Shown here: positions 44,200 to 51,678 of the stretch, in pieces
Position numbering within the stretch: position 1 is the first letter of the stretch
How the letters are laid out: each line of letters starts with the position of its first letter
From: Oscillospiraceae bacterium
GTDB lineage: Bacteria > Bacillota > Clostridia > Oscillospirales > CAG-272
Reading direction: 5' to 3'
Assembly (NCBI GenBank): GCA_015065215.1
Contig: SVQT01000001.1
Span: forward strand, 34,237-98,236
Length of the DNA: 64,000 nucleotides
The notes under the pieces: generated by a model
Databases searched by the model: none
What the model saw: only the letters and a program-made list of their open reading frames with translations
What the model was told of the DNA's origin: nothing
Made by a program: the position numbers and the translations under genes

Positions 44200-44963
44200 A
44201 ATGCATCAAGTGTACCAAAGCGGTACCCTTCCGCTTTCAATGTCGAAATCACTTGCGGTAAAATAGCGGCATTGGTGGCAGAGGTGGGGTGCAACAGTAA
44301 GACTGCCCCGTTGTGGATATTGTCGAGTATAAGACGGATGGCGGTATCCGGCGCCATCTGACGCCCGTTGTCCCAATCGGCATAGGCGAAGCTCCAAAAG
44401 ACGGTTTTGTAACCAATTTCTTGCACATGCTCTAACATCTCCCTTGAAAAGCTGCCCTCCGGCGGTCTGAAATAGGGGGCGGTAACGATCCCGTTTTCCT
44501 GACAGACCTTTTCCAGCTCGGTTAGCTCCGCTTTGATTTTTTCAGCGCTCGCAAAAGCCAGATTGGGATGGTTCGCGGTATGGTTGCAAACCAAGTGTCC
44601 CTCGGCATTCATACGCCGCAAAAGATCGGTATTGGCAGTAACAACATGCTTTAATACAAAGAAGGCGCCGGGTGTTTGCGTTTCTTTTAGCGTGCCTAAA
44701 ATTTTTTCCACATTGCCATTCTCATATCCCACGTCAAAGGTAAGATAAACCACCTTATCTTCATTTCCCTCGTGATGCGTGTGGTCGATATAATATCCAC
44801 CACAGTCCTCTACAAACCTAAGTTCCGGGGCGGCGATCGCCTGTCGATGGGCTTTTTGCCGTACACAATACCAGTGCAATTCCTTGCTCTGCGCCCGGAC
44901 AGTCAGCGGTAAAACAAGCAAAACCAGCAGCGTCAAAAAAGCGCTTTTACAAAATCGTTTCAA
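44187..44963 (-). CDS. pdaA: Delta-lactam-biosynthetic de-N-acetylase PdaA-like polysaccharide deacetylase
   Basis: YLTFDVGYENGN, GHLVCNHTANHP, RPPEGSFS, VFWSFAYADW and LLLHP parallel B. subtilis PdaA. Start moved to TTG 44963, 9 nt after AAAGGAG. Confidence 0.75.
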   Translation of the reverse strand: MKRFCKSAFLTLLVLLVLPLTVRAQSKELHWYCVRQKAHRQAIAAPELRFVEDCGGYYIDHTHHEGNEDKVVYLTFDVGYENGNVEKILGTLKETQTPGAFFVLKHVVTANTDLLRRMNAEGHLVCNHTANHPNLAFASAEKIKAELTELEKVCQENGIVTAPYFRPPEGSFSREMLEHVQEIGYKTVFWSFAYADWDNGRQMAPDTAIRLILDNIHNGAVLLLHPTSATNAAILPQVISTLKAEGYRFGTLDALCGG

Positions 44964-45030
44964 CGCGATCAACTCCTTTCAAAATTAGTTTTTCGACCTC
45001 ACGGCATTTCAAACAAGGCAATTTTTATAT

Positions 45031-45079
45031 AAAAAAATCACGGTTGGCTTTCTGCCCCTACGGGCAAAAGCCAACCGTG
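45031..45079 (-). terminator. Rho-independent terminator after the DMT-type transporter gene
   Basis: CACGGTTGGCTTT (45040-45052) pairs with AAAGCCAACCGTG (45067-45079), with a nested TGCCC/GGGCA stem. The minus-strand transcript ends in ATTTTTTT. Confidence 0.8.
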
Positions 45080-45100
45080 AGTCTTTTTCGTTTTATCGTT

Positions 45101-46009
45101 TTAAGCGCCACCCAACGCGACAACACCAATCAAACCTGCTGCCATACCGGCACAACCGATCCAATTCAGCACAGACAGCTTTTCCTTGAGAAAAATAAAG
45201 GAGCACAGCACGCTGAAAAGCAACACACCCGCGTTATCAATGGTAAACAGAACCGTTGTGTTCATACCGCTGTTGATCAACAGGGTCAAAACAATAATGG
45301 CAGAAGCGGTTGCCAAGGAACACAGCAAAAGGAACAGCCCGGATTTTTTTGATTGCTTAAAGTCTGCAATAAACTGTTTTTTGCGTTGTACCAAGCCCAA
45401 CACAAGGTTTAGCAACGCAGAAGTGGCAAAGGTGCAAATGATCATTTCGTTTTTGGAATTTACAGTAACCGCATAAGCCGCCTGATGTGCCAGCAAGGCC
45501 CCGTAAAGACCGTTGCAGACGAACAGCAGCAGGCAGAATACCCAAAACTGCCTATTGCCGGAAAACATGCTTTCCCCTTCCTTTTTGCTGACCAAAAAGA
45601 TAGAAAGAATAATCAGCGCCACAAAAGGCCAGCCCCAAGGCATCAATCCTTTGCCGTAAGCGTAAGAAATGAAAGCAGGCAACAAAATACCGCCGGAAAG
45701 CATCATTGACATTTGAACCGAATACGGCCCTTTGCGAGATGCCTGAATCATCGAAAAATTATAAGTAGCCAAGATGATACCGTTGACTGTACCCATAACA
45801 ATGATCTGCCAGTTCCAATGAAACGGCAGGGTAAAAAGCGCGAAGGCCAACGCGGCCAGCGCAGTCACCAATCCGCTGACCACCGAAAAAACCGGAGATG
45901 CGGCATCGGGATCACCCGGATAATGCGCTGTATAGACCTTGCAGAAAAAAGATTGACCGGTATAAATCAGGATCAGAACCGCAATCATCACACATTCAAA
46001 AATACCCAT
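45101..46009 (-). CDS. DMT superfamily (EamA-like) transporter
   Basis: Ten hydrophobic segments. The C-terminal FLKEKLSVLNWIGCAGMAAGLIGV is typical of EamA repeats. Start at ATG 46009 (GAAGGGGA RBS) or ATG 46048 (no RBS). Confidence 0.65.
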   Translation of the reverse strand: MGIFECVMIAVLILIYTGQSFFCKVYTAHYPGDPDAASPVFSVVSGLVTALAALAFALFTLPFHWNWQIIVMGTVNGIILATYNFSMIQASRKGPYSVQMSMMLSGGILLPAFISYAYGKGLMPWGWPFVALIILSIFLVSKKEGESMFSGNRQFWVFCLLLFVCNGLYGALLAHQAAYAVTVNSKNEMIICTFATSALLNLVLGLVQRKKQFIADFKQSKKSGLFLLLCSLATASAIIVLTLLINSGMNTTVLFTIDNAGVLLFSVLCSFIFLKEKLSVLNWIGCAGMAAGLIGVVALGGA

Positions 46010-46074
46010 CACAAAAAATTCCCCTTCATATGTACAGTACTGTAGCATGAGATCAAATAAAACATAAAAGTGCT

Positions 46075-46749
46075 TTATTCTTCTGAACCGAATTCCTCCA
46101 TATGCGCGATGACATATGCGGTCATTTGTTCCTCAAAATAGCGGCGATTTTTGCGGAAGAATACAGGGATACGCGCGGATCCCTTTGGCGCGCTCCGCTT
46201 CAATTCGTAAAAGAAATCGGCAAATGCGTCAGCGTTTGCCTCACACAAGGCGCCACAAAGATACCCCATCGCCTTTTCGCTTGTATCATTAAATTGGGTC
46301 AGGATCTCGCTATCTTCTTTTTGTGAAAGCTCCCAAAGAAGGCGAAAGGCAACCAACGGACGAAAAACCTTTTCCTGCTCCAGCTTAACGCGCAATTCCC
46401 ACGGCACTTCCAAAAACAGATCAGGGAGTTTAGTGATGTAATCACCCAAATAACTGTCAATGCCCTCCAGCACATCTTCAAAAGACATTTTCTCTTCTTG
46501 CGCTTCATCGTTTTTATCTTGCTGCCGCGCAAGAGCGGGGGCGACATCCTCATATTCCATTTTTTCTTTGTGACCCAAATACAGGATCACACCGCCCCCG
46601 GCCAGCAGAAGGGCGGAAAGAATATACAGGATCACCCCCAATGCCACCGATTTGCTGGCAGCAGCCGGAATGATCAAGATGATTGCCACAATCGCACAGG
46701 CGGTTGCCAAATGCATGGCGTGATCAACAAAGAACTTGTTTTGCTTCAA
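46075..46749 (-). CDS. Hypothetical protein: two N-terminal TM helices plus an acidic cytoplasmic domain
   Basis: TTG 46749 lies 7 nt after GGAGG, which overlaps the pcrA stop region. No family recognised. Confidence 0.55.
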   Translation of the reverse strand: MKQNKFFVDHAMHLATACAIVAIILIIPAAASKSVALGVILYILSALLLAGGGVILYLGHKEKMEYEDVAPALARQQDKNDEAQEEKMSFEDVLEGIDSYLGDYITKLPDLFLEVPWELRVKLEQEKVFRPLVAFRLLWELSQKEDSEILTQFNDTSEKAMGYLCGALCEANADAFADFFYELKRSAPKGSARIPVFFRKNRRYFEEQMTAYVIAHMEEFGSEE

Positions 46750-46763
46750 AATGCGACCTCCGT

Positions 46764-49160
46764 TTATATTTTCTTTAGTTTTGCATAGGTTGCCATTAAC
46801 TTTTTTGTCCCCTTGGTATCAAAAGCAATCTCGTAAAGTGTATCGGCGGCAACCTTTGTCACCGTCAGGACCGTACCGTCGCCAAAGGTCATATGCCGCA
46901 CTCTGGCACCTGGCTCAAAACGCTCAACAGGCGCTTTGGGTGCCACCGTTCGCCCTACGGTAATCTGATCTCTGGCCGCAATTTGTCTGGCGCTTTCCGG
47001 ACGATGATAAGCAGTACTGCCATAGGCAACATGAGGATTTTGCTCTTTTGGCTGTTCAACCAACCCTTCCGGAATTTCAGAAAGAAAACGGGAAGCAGGA
47101 TTATAACCGGTACGGCCGTAAAGCAACCGGGATTTCGCATGCAAAATGTACAACTCGTCTTTGGCGCGGGTGATGGCAACATAGGCAAGACGGCGCTCCT
47201 CTTCGATCTCCTCGGGACCTGCCATGATGGTTTGCAGCCCGGGGAAAATCCCCTCCTCAAAGCCGGGGAGAAAAACGCGCGAGAACTCCAACCCTTTGGC
47301 ACTGTGAATGGTCATCAAAACCACCGCGTCAGCCGTGTCATCGTACCGATCCACATCGGCCACCAACGCGGTTTCCTGTAAAAACTCAGTCAAGGATGGC
47401 GTTTCTACGCTCTCCATATATTCCTTCACATTGGAAATAAATTCTTCCAAGTTATCCAAACGGTCCGCTTCCTCTTCCCCCATATCACGGATCATCTGAC
47501 GGTATCCGGTGCGATCCATCACCTGATCCACAAAGACATCCAACGGCATGGTGGGCGCCAGCTCGGTGAGTTCGTTGATCAGTCCGGCAAATTGCATCAG
47601 GGTTGCGGCAGCGCGGGAAAGCGCTAAGTATTGGTCAGCCTTTTCCATGATCTCAAACATCGAAACGCCTTCGCTTGCGGCAATTTCCTCTACCGCGGCA
47701 AGTGTGCGATCGCCCAACTTGCGTTTGGGCTCATTGACAATACGCAGCAAGCGCTCTTTATCGCTATGATTTTCAATCAATTGTAAATAAGCGACAACAT
47801 CCTTGATTTCTTTGCGATCCGCAAATCGAATACCACCCAGCATACGGTACGGCATCGCGCTACGGGCAAAAACGCTTTCCAAAGCGTTGGATTGGGCATT
47901 GGCACGAAACAAAACGGCAAAATCCCTGTATTGGGCTTTTCCTGCCGCCACACTCCGCTGAATGATGTCCACAATCTCTCTCGCTTCCGCATTCTGATGC
48001 TCCGGGTTCAGTACCCGAATTTTGCTTCCCTCCCCACGGTTGGTAAACAAGGTCTTGCGCATCGCGTCGTCTTTGGTATTGTGTGAGATCACTGCGTTGG
48101 CGGCATCCAAAATCCGTTGCGTGGAACGATAATTCTGCTCCAAACGGATCAGGGTTGCCGGATGGAACACTTTGGTAAACTCCAAAATATTTTCAATGGT
48201 AGCACCACGGAATTTATAAATACTTTGGTCGTCATCACCCACCACCATCAAATTGCGATGGCCGCCTGAAAGCAGCTCGGTCAAGCGGAATTGGGCATGG
48301 TTGGTATCCTGGTACTCGTCAACCGATACATAACGAAATTGATTTTGATAGGAACGGCAAATTTCCTCGTTGTCACGCAGAAGATCTACAGTGCGCACAA
48401 TAATGTCGTCAAAATCCAGCGCATTGGAGTCTGCCAAACGCTTTTGATAGCCAAAATAGACCTTCTCGACCAATTTGAGCTTGTATTCGTTCCCCATTTC
48501 CAGCAGAAAGCTTTCCGGTTTGATCAATCGGTCTTTCGCGCGGCTGATATAGCTCAGGGCGGTTTTGACCGGTAACACCTTCTCGTCAATATTTAAAGAG
48601 GAAAGCACCGCCTTCATCGCCTTTTTTGAGTCGTCGGTATCATAAACGGTAAATCCGGGGGCAAGCCCAGCCTCGGCGGCATAACGACGCAAAATACGCA
48701 TGCAAATCGAATGAAAGGTACCTGCCCAGATGGTACTTGGCAGATCAGGATCCTCCGGGAAGGCGGCGGCAAGGCGTGACTTGATCTCGTTTGCCGCCTT
48801 GTTGGTGAAGGTAATGGCCAACACCTGCCAAGGGTGCGCAGGGCGGTTGGAAAAACCGCACAGCAGGCGCTCCAGCTCCTCCTGTTTCATGGGGGTACGC
48901 AGGGCAAGCTCTAAAGAATTCACCAAATCCTCGCTAACGAAATCCGGCAAAAAATCACTATGATAAGCGTTGCCAAATCGGATGATATAGGCGATACGGC
49001 GAACCAGCACCGTTGTCTTGCCACTGCCGGCACCCGCCAGAATCAGCAAGGGATCTTGAACATGATAAACCGCCTGACGCTGTTGATCGTTGAGCGCACC
49101 GTAGTAGCGATCAAACAATGCCCGTTTGGCGGCAAGATAACGTTTTTTTAAATCCTGCAT
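46764..49160 (-). CDS. pcrA: ATP-dependent DNA helicase PcrA/UvrD (SF1)
   Basis: Motifs AGAGSGKTT (Walker A), VDEYQDTN, TIHSAKGLEF and VAITRAK, plus a C-terminal Tudor-like domain. ATG 49160. Confidence 0.93.
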   Translation of the reverse strand: MQDLKKRYLAAKRALFDRYYGALNDQQRQAVYHVQDPLLILAGAGSGKTTVLVRRIAYIIRFGNAYHSDFLPDFVSEDLVNSLELALRTPMKQEELERLLCGFSNRPAHPWQVLAITFTNKAANEIKSRLAAAFPEDPDLPSTIWAGTFHSICMRILRRYAAEAGLAPGFTVYDTDDSKKAMKAVLSSLNIDEKVLPVKTALSYISRAKDRLIKPESFLLEMGNEYKLKLVEKVYFGYQKRLADSNALDFDDIIVRTVDLLRDNEEICRSYQNQFRYVSVDEYQDTNHAQFRLTELLSGGHRNLMVVGDDDQSIYKFRGATIENILEFTKVFHPATLIRLEQNYRSTQRILDAANAVISHNTKDDAMRKTLFTNRGEGSKIRVLNPEHQNAEAREIVDIIQRSVAAGKAQYRDFAVLFRANAQSNALESVFARSAMPYRMLGGIRFADRKEIKDVVAYLQLIENHSDKERLLRIVNEPKRKLGDRTLAAVEEIAASEGVSMFEIMEKADQYLALSRAAATLMQFAGLINELTELAPTMPLDVFVDQVMDRTGYRQMIRDMGEEEADRLDNLEEFISNVKEYMESVETPSLTEFLQETALVADVDRYDDTADAVVLMTIHSAKGLEFSRVFLPGFEEGIFPGLQTIMAGPEEIEEERRLAYVAITRAKDELYILHAKSRLLYGRTGYNPASRFLSEIPEGLVEQPKEQNPHVAYGSTAYHRPESARQIAARDQITVGRTVAPKAPVERFEPGARVRHMTFGDGTVLTVTKVAADTLYEIAFDTKGTKKLMATYAKLKKI

Positions 49161-49188
49161 AATCAACCTCACATTTTCTTTCACTACC

Positions 49189-49217
49189 ATTATACTATAA
49201 TTCGCCATAAAAATCAA
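49189..49217 (-). promoter_or_regulatory. SigA-type promoter for pcrA
   Basis: Minus strand: TTGATT (complement of 49212-49217), 17-nt spacer, TATAAT (complement of 49189-49194). Confidence 0.55.
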
Positions 49218-49223
49218 CGGGCA

Positions 49224-49258
49224 GAAAAGAAAAAGGAGACGGAAAAAATCCGTCTCCC
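49224..49258 (-). terminator. Rho-independent terminator after the Asn/Gln-rich small ORF
   Basis: GGAGACGG (49235-49242) pairs with CCGTCTCC (49250-49257). The minus-strand transcript continues TTTTTCTTTTC. Confidence 0.7.
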
Positions 49259-49272
49259 TCAAAGTCAAAAAA

Positions 49273-49464
49273 TCAGTACTGCTTGTTCTCGCTGCGGTTC
49301 TGATTTTGTTGATTTTGGCTCTTGTTTTGATTTTGGTTCTGGCTCTGATTCTGATTCTGGCTCTGATTCTGATTCTGGTTCTGGTTCTTGTTCTGGCTCT
49401 GGTTCTGATTCTGGTTTTGGCTTTGATACTGGTTCTGGTTTTGGTTTTGGTTACGATTATCCAT
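49273..49464 (-). CDS. Small Asn/Gln-rich repeat protein (63 aa, 22 N + 25 Q)
   Basis: ATG 49464 lies 8 nt after AAGGAG. It has its own terminator directly downstream. Same strand as all neighbouring genes. Sequence: MDNRNQNQNQNQYQSQNQNQNQSQNKNQNQNQNQSQNQNQSQNQNQNKSQNQQNQNRSENKQY. Confidence 0.55.
   Translation of the reverse strand: MDNRNQNQNQNQYQSQNQNQNQSQNKNQNQNQNQSQNQNQSQNQNQNKSQNQQNQNRSENKQY
49296..49452. repeat. Tandem hexanucleotide repeat, ~26 units of YTGRYT (fwd) = (AAC/AAT/AGC)(CAG/CAA) on the minus strand
   Basis: Read directly: ...ctggct ctgatt ctgatt ctggct ctgatt ctgatt ctggtt ctggtt cttgtt ctggct ctggtt ctgatt ctggtt... Confidence 0.9.
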
Positions 49465-49529
49465 CTTTCCGCACTCCTTGATTTTTTGTAGCCTCGCTAC
49501 GCCATTAGTATGGAGCAAGAAAAGAAAAA

Positions 49530-51029
49530 CTATGCATCAAAGCGAAATCTGTTTTGGATCTCACGGTAAATGCCGAGCAGTAAAGAACCAAACAAAACAG
49601 CAAATATCACAGCGGCGCAAAAATCAAAAACCCAGGTAAATTCCAGCAAATGATAGATGCCCTTGCCCGGCATTGTCTTTATATAATCAAACAAAAAGGA
49701 AAATAACGCGCTAACAAAACCAAAAACAAAGCATCTGATCAGCTTTCCGTCAAATTCCGCGCGCAAGCGTCGCAGATGGCGGGTTTCAAAATGCGCTTGG
49801 TGTTGTTCATCAGGAGCCATGTGATCGACAGGCAAACGGTCTTCTTCTGTTAAGTATCTTCGCTTTTCTGGCATCTCGAGCGCCTCATCCTCGGTCAAGG
49901 TTTCGGCATGATGAGAGCGATACCCCGCCCATTCCCAAATAACAGCGCGCAGCAAGAAAAGAAGCAGCGTTAGTAAAACAGTAAACACAAGGAATTCCCC
50001 AAGAGAGGTGATCCACATCAAAGAATAGGCTTGATTTGCCGTTTCGCTTCTGGAAATAGCGTCAGCGCTGTATTGACTGACAAATTGATAGGCAAAATGG
50101 CTGGAAATGCCTGAGATCGCCCCATAAATCACCGCTGCAATGGCAGCGGCGATTTTTATTTTTTTGTCGGTTGCGGGAATGAGAATGCCCACCAGCAACA
50201 GTAGCCCCGCCAATATGTCTGGAAATACATTGCGAAAATCCAAATAAAAATCCACCAATAAAATAGCGCCCGTGAGTAAAAACAGAAATGCTACGGCATG
50301 TCTGCGCTCAACCGCGAATCCGGGATGCGCCTGTCGATACGCCAAATAACGTTCTCCAAGCTCTTGGTGCATCGCCTTTGCCCCACGGAAATGTAAATAA
50401 TACCAAAGCAAAAAGCCGCCTGCCACAATCAGGCTTGCTATGCCCACCAGCAAAAAGGAAACCGAACGCAAAAGCGTGATATATTCATACATACGGTTCC
50501 AACCGGTGTTGTTAAACGAATTGGTCGAGGTGGCAAGTGCCGCAAACTCGGGTAAAAGACCAAGAATTTCCCGCAGGAACAAAAAAGCGATCATCACTTT
50601 TTTCAACGTATCGGTCCTTGAGGCGCCGCCAAGCTCACTGCTGTAAAGCTCGGTACAGTCACAAGCGCTTGCCAGCGCATAAAAGGATTCAAAAAGCAAA
50701 CGAATGGCAGGAATGGCAAAGCACAGTTCCAAGATGGTTGCCGCAAACGTCACGATCAACAAAACCGTGGGCTGATCAGCGGCGCTCCCCATGCCAAATA
50801 CCAATAGCAAAGCAAGATTTTTACAAGCATCCACTACCGCCAGCTTTGAAAACGCGATTTTCGACTCTCGGATGCCGGGATGCACCAAGGCGGCCCGGGA
50901 AAGCCCCAGACAAATCAAAAGGCAACCGATAAAATCCGGCAATATATCCACAGCCGCAAATGACGGATTGCAAAAGAAAGCAAGGCCCAGAAAAACAGTA
51001 CCGAATGTGATGGGACGTGCTTTGGTCAT
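49530..51029 (-). CDS. Hypothetical polytopic membrane protein (499 aa)
   Basis: About 12 hydrophobic segments. The start overlaps the stop of the upstream gene (ATGA at 51026-51029). No family recognised. Confidence 0.65.
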   Translation of the reverse strand: MTKARPITFGTVFLGLAFFCNPSFAAVDILPDFIGCLLICLGLSRAALVHPGIRESKIAFSKLAVVDACKNLALLLVFGMGSAADQPTVLLIVTFAATILELCFAIPAIRLLFESFYALASACDCTELYSSELGGASRTDTLKKVMIAFLFLREILGLLPEFAALATSTNSFNNTGWNRMYEYITLLRSVSFLLVGIASLIVAGGFLLWYYLHFRGAKAMHQELGERYLAYRQAHPGFAVERRHAVAFLFLLTGAILLVDFYLDFRNVFPDILAGLLLLVGILIPATDKKIKIAAAIAAVIYGAISGISSHFAYQFVSQYSADAISRSETANQAYSLMWITSLGEFLVFTVLLTLLLFLLRAVIWEWAGYRSHHAETLTEDEALEMPEKRRYLTEEDRLPVDHMAPDEQHQAHFETRHLRRLRAEFDGKLIRCFVFGFVSALFSFLFDYIKTMPGKGIYHLLEFTWVFDFCAAVIFAVLFGSLLLGIYREIQNRFRFDA

Positions 51030-51640
51030 GATGCATCATCCCCTTTCTTTCTTTTTTTCAACGCGGGGTCCGGTGTTCTGACATCTTCATCCTCAGGGGC
51101 AATCTTGCGATAGCATTGGAAAAATAGCCACATATTCAGGAAAAGGAATAAAATCTTTAGCAACAAAACGGGGATAGCGAAATAAGCCGGATTGGCGGCA
51201 ATCTGCGGAATTGGCAGCCGAGAAATGGCGTCGATCACAGCATAAAGCGCCATCATAATCAGGTTGCGCCAGGCACCGCTTTGTAAAACAAGAAAACGAA
51301 GCTCCCCGGCAAGTCCCGCAACGCTGTAGAGCAAAAAGAAGTGGAAACACAGCGAAAACAGGAAATATCCCAATTCAAAAATACCATACGTTACACCTTC
51401 AAAGAGTGCCCACTGTACGCCGCACCATTGCATGATGGCAAAAACGGTAAAATACACCGCAAACGGCAAGGCGCCAAAAGAGATATAAAAGCTATGGCGA
51501 AAACGGGTATGATAGGGGGCCAGGCGCCATAGCGCATAGATCATGATCGGATAGCCGACAAGCATGGAAAAGGAAAGCGTAGAATACAGCGACATAATAT
51601 TGGCAAAAAAATAGCCAATCAATAGCAATCCAAAGCCCAT
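51026..51640 (-). CDS. Hypothetical polytopic membrane protein (204 aa)
   Basis: ATG 51640 follows AAAGGAAAGGAGAG. Six hydrophobic segments and a basic/acidic C-tail. The track ORF start at 51748 would overlap secA and encodes a non-hydrophobic basic run, so I rejected it. Confidence 0.6.
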   Translation of the reverse strand: MGFGLLLIGYFFANIMSLYSTLSFSMLVGYPIMIYALWRLAPYHTRFRHSFYISFGALPFAVYFTVFAIMQWCGVQWALFEGVTYGIFELGYFLFSLCFHFFLLYSVAGLAGELRFLVLQSGAWRNLIMMALYAVIDAISRLPIPQIAANPAYFAIPVLLLKILFLFLNMWLFFQCYRKIAPEDEDVRTPDPALKKRKKGDDAS

Positions 51641-51678
51641 ATGCTCTCTCCTTTCCTTTTCATCAAAATCACTTTCTT

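Noticed and set aside
49306-49491. 61-aa Leu/Ile/Val repeat ORF on the plus strand of the hexamer repeat
   Set aside because: It is the mirror image of the Q/N ORF. It has a TTG start and no RBS, runs opposite to every neighbouring gene, and has no terminator on that strand. The minus-strand ORF has an RBS, an ATG and a terminator.
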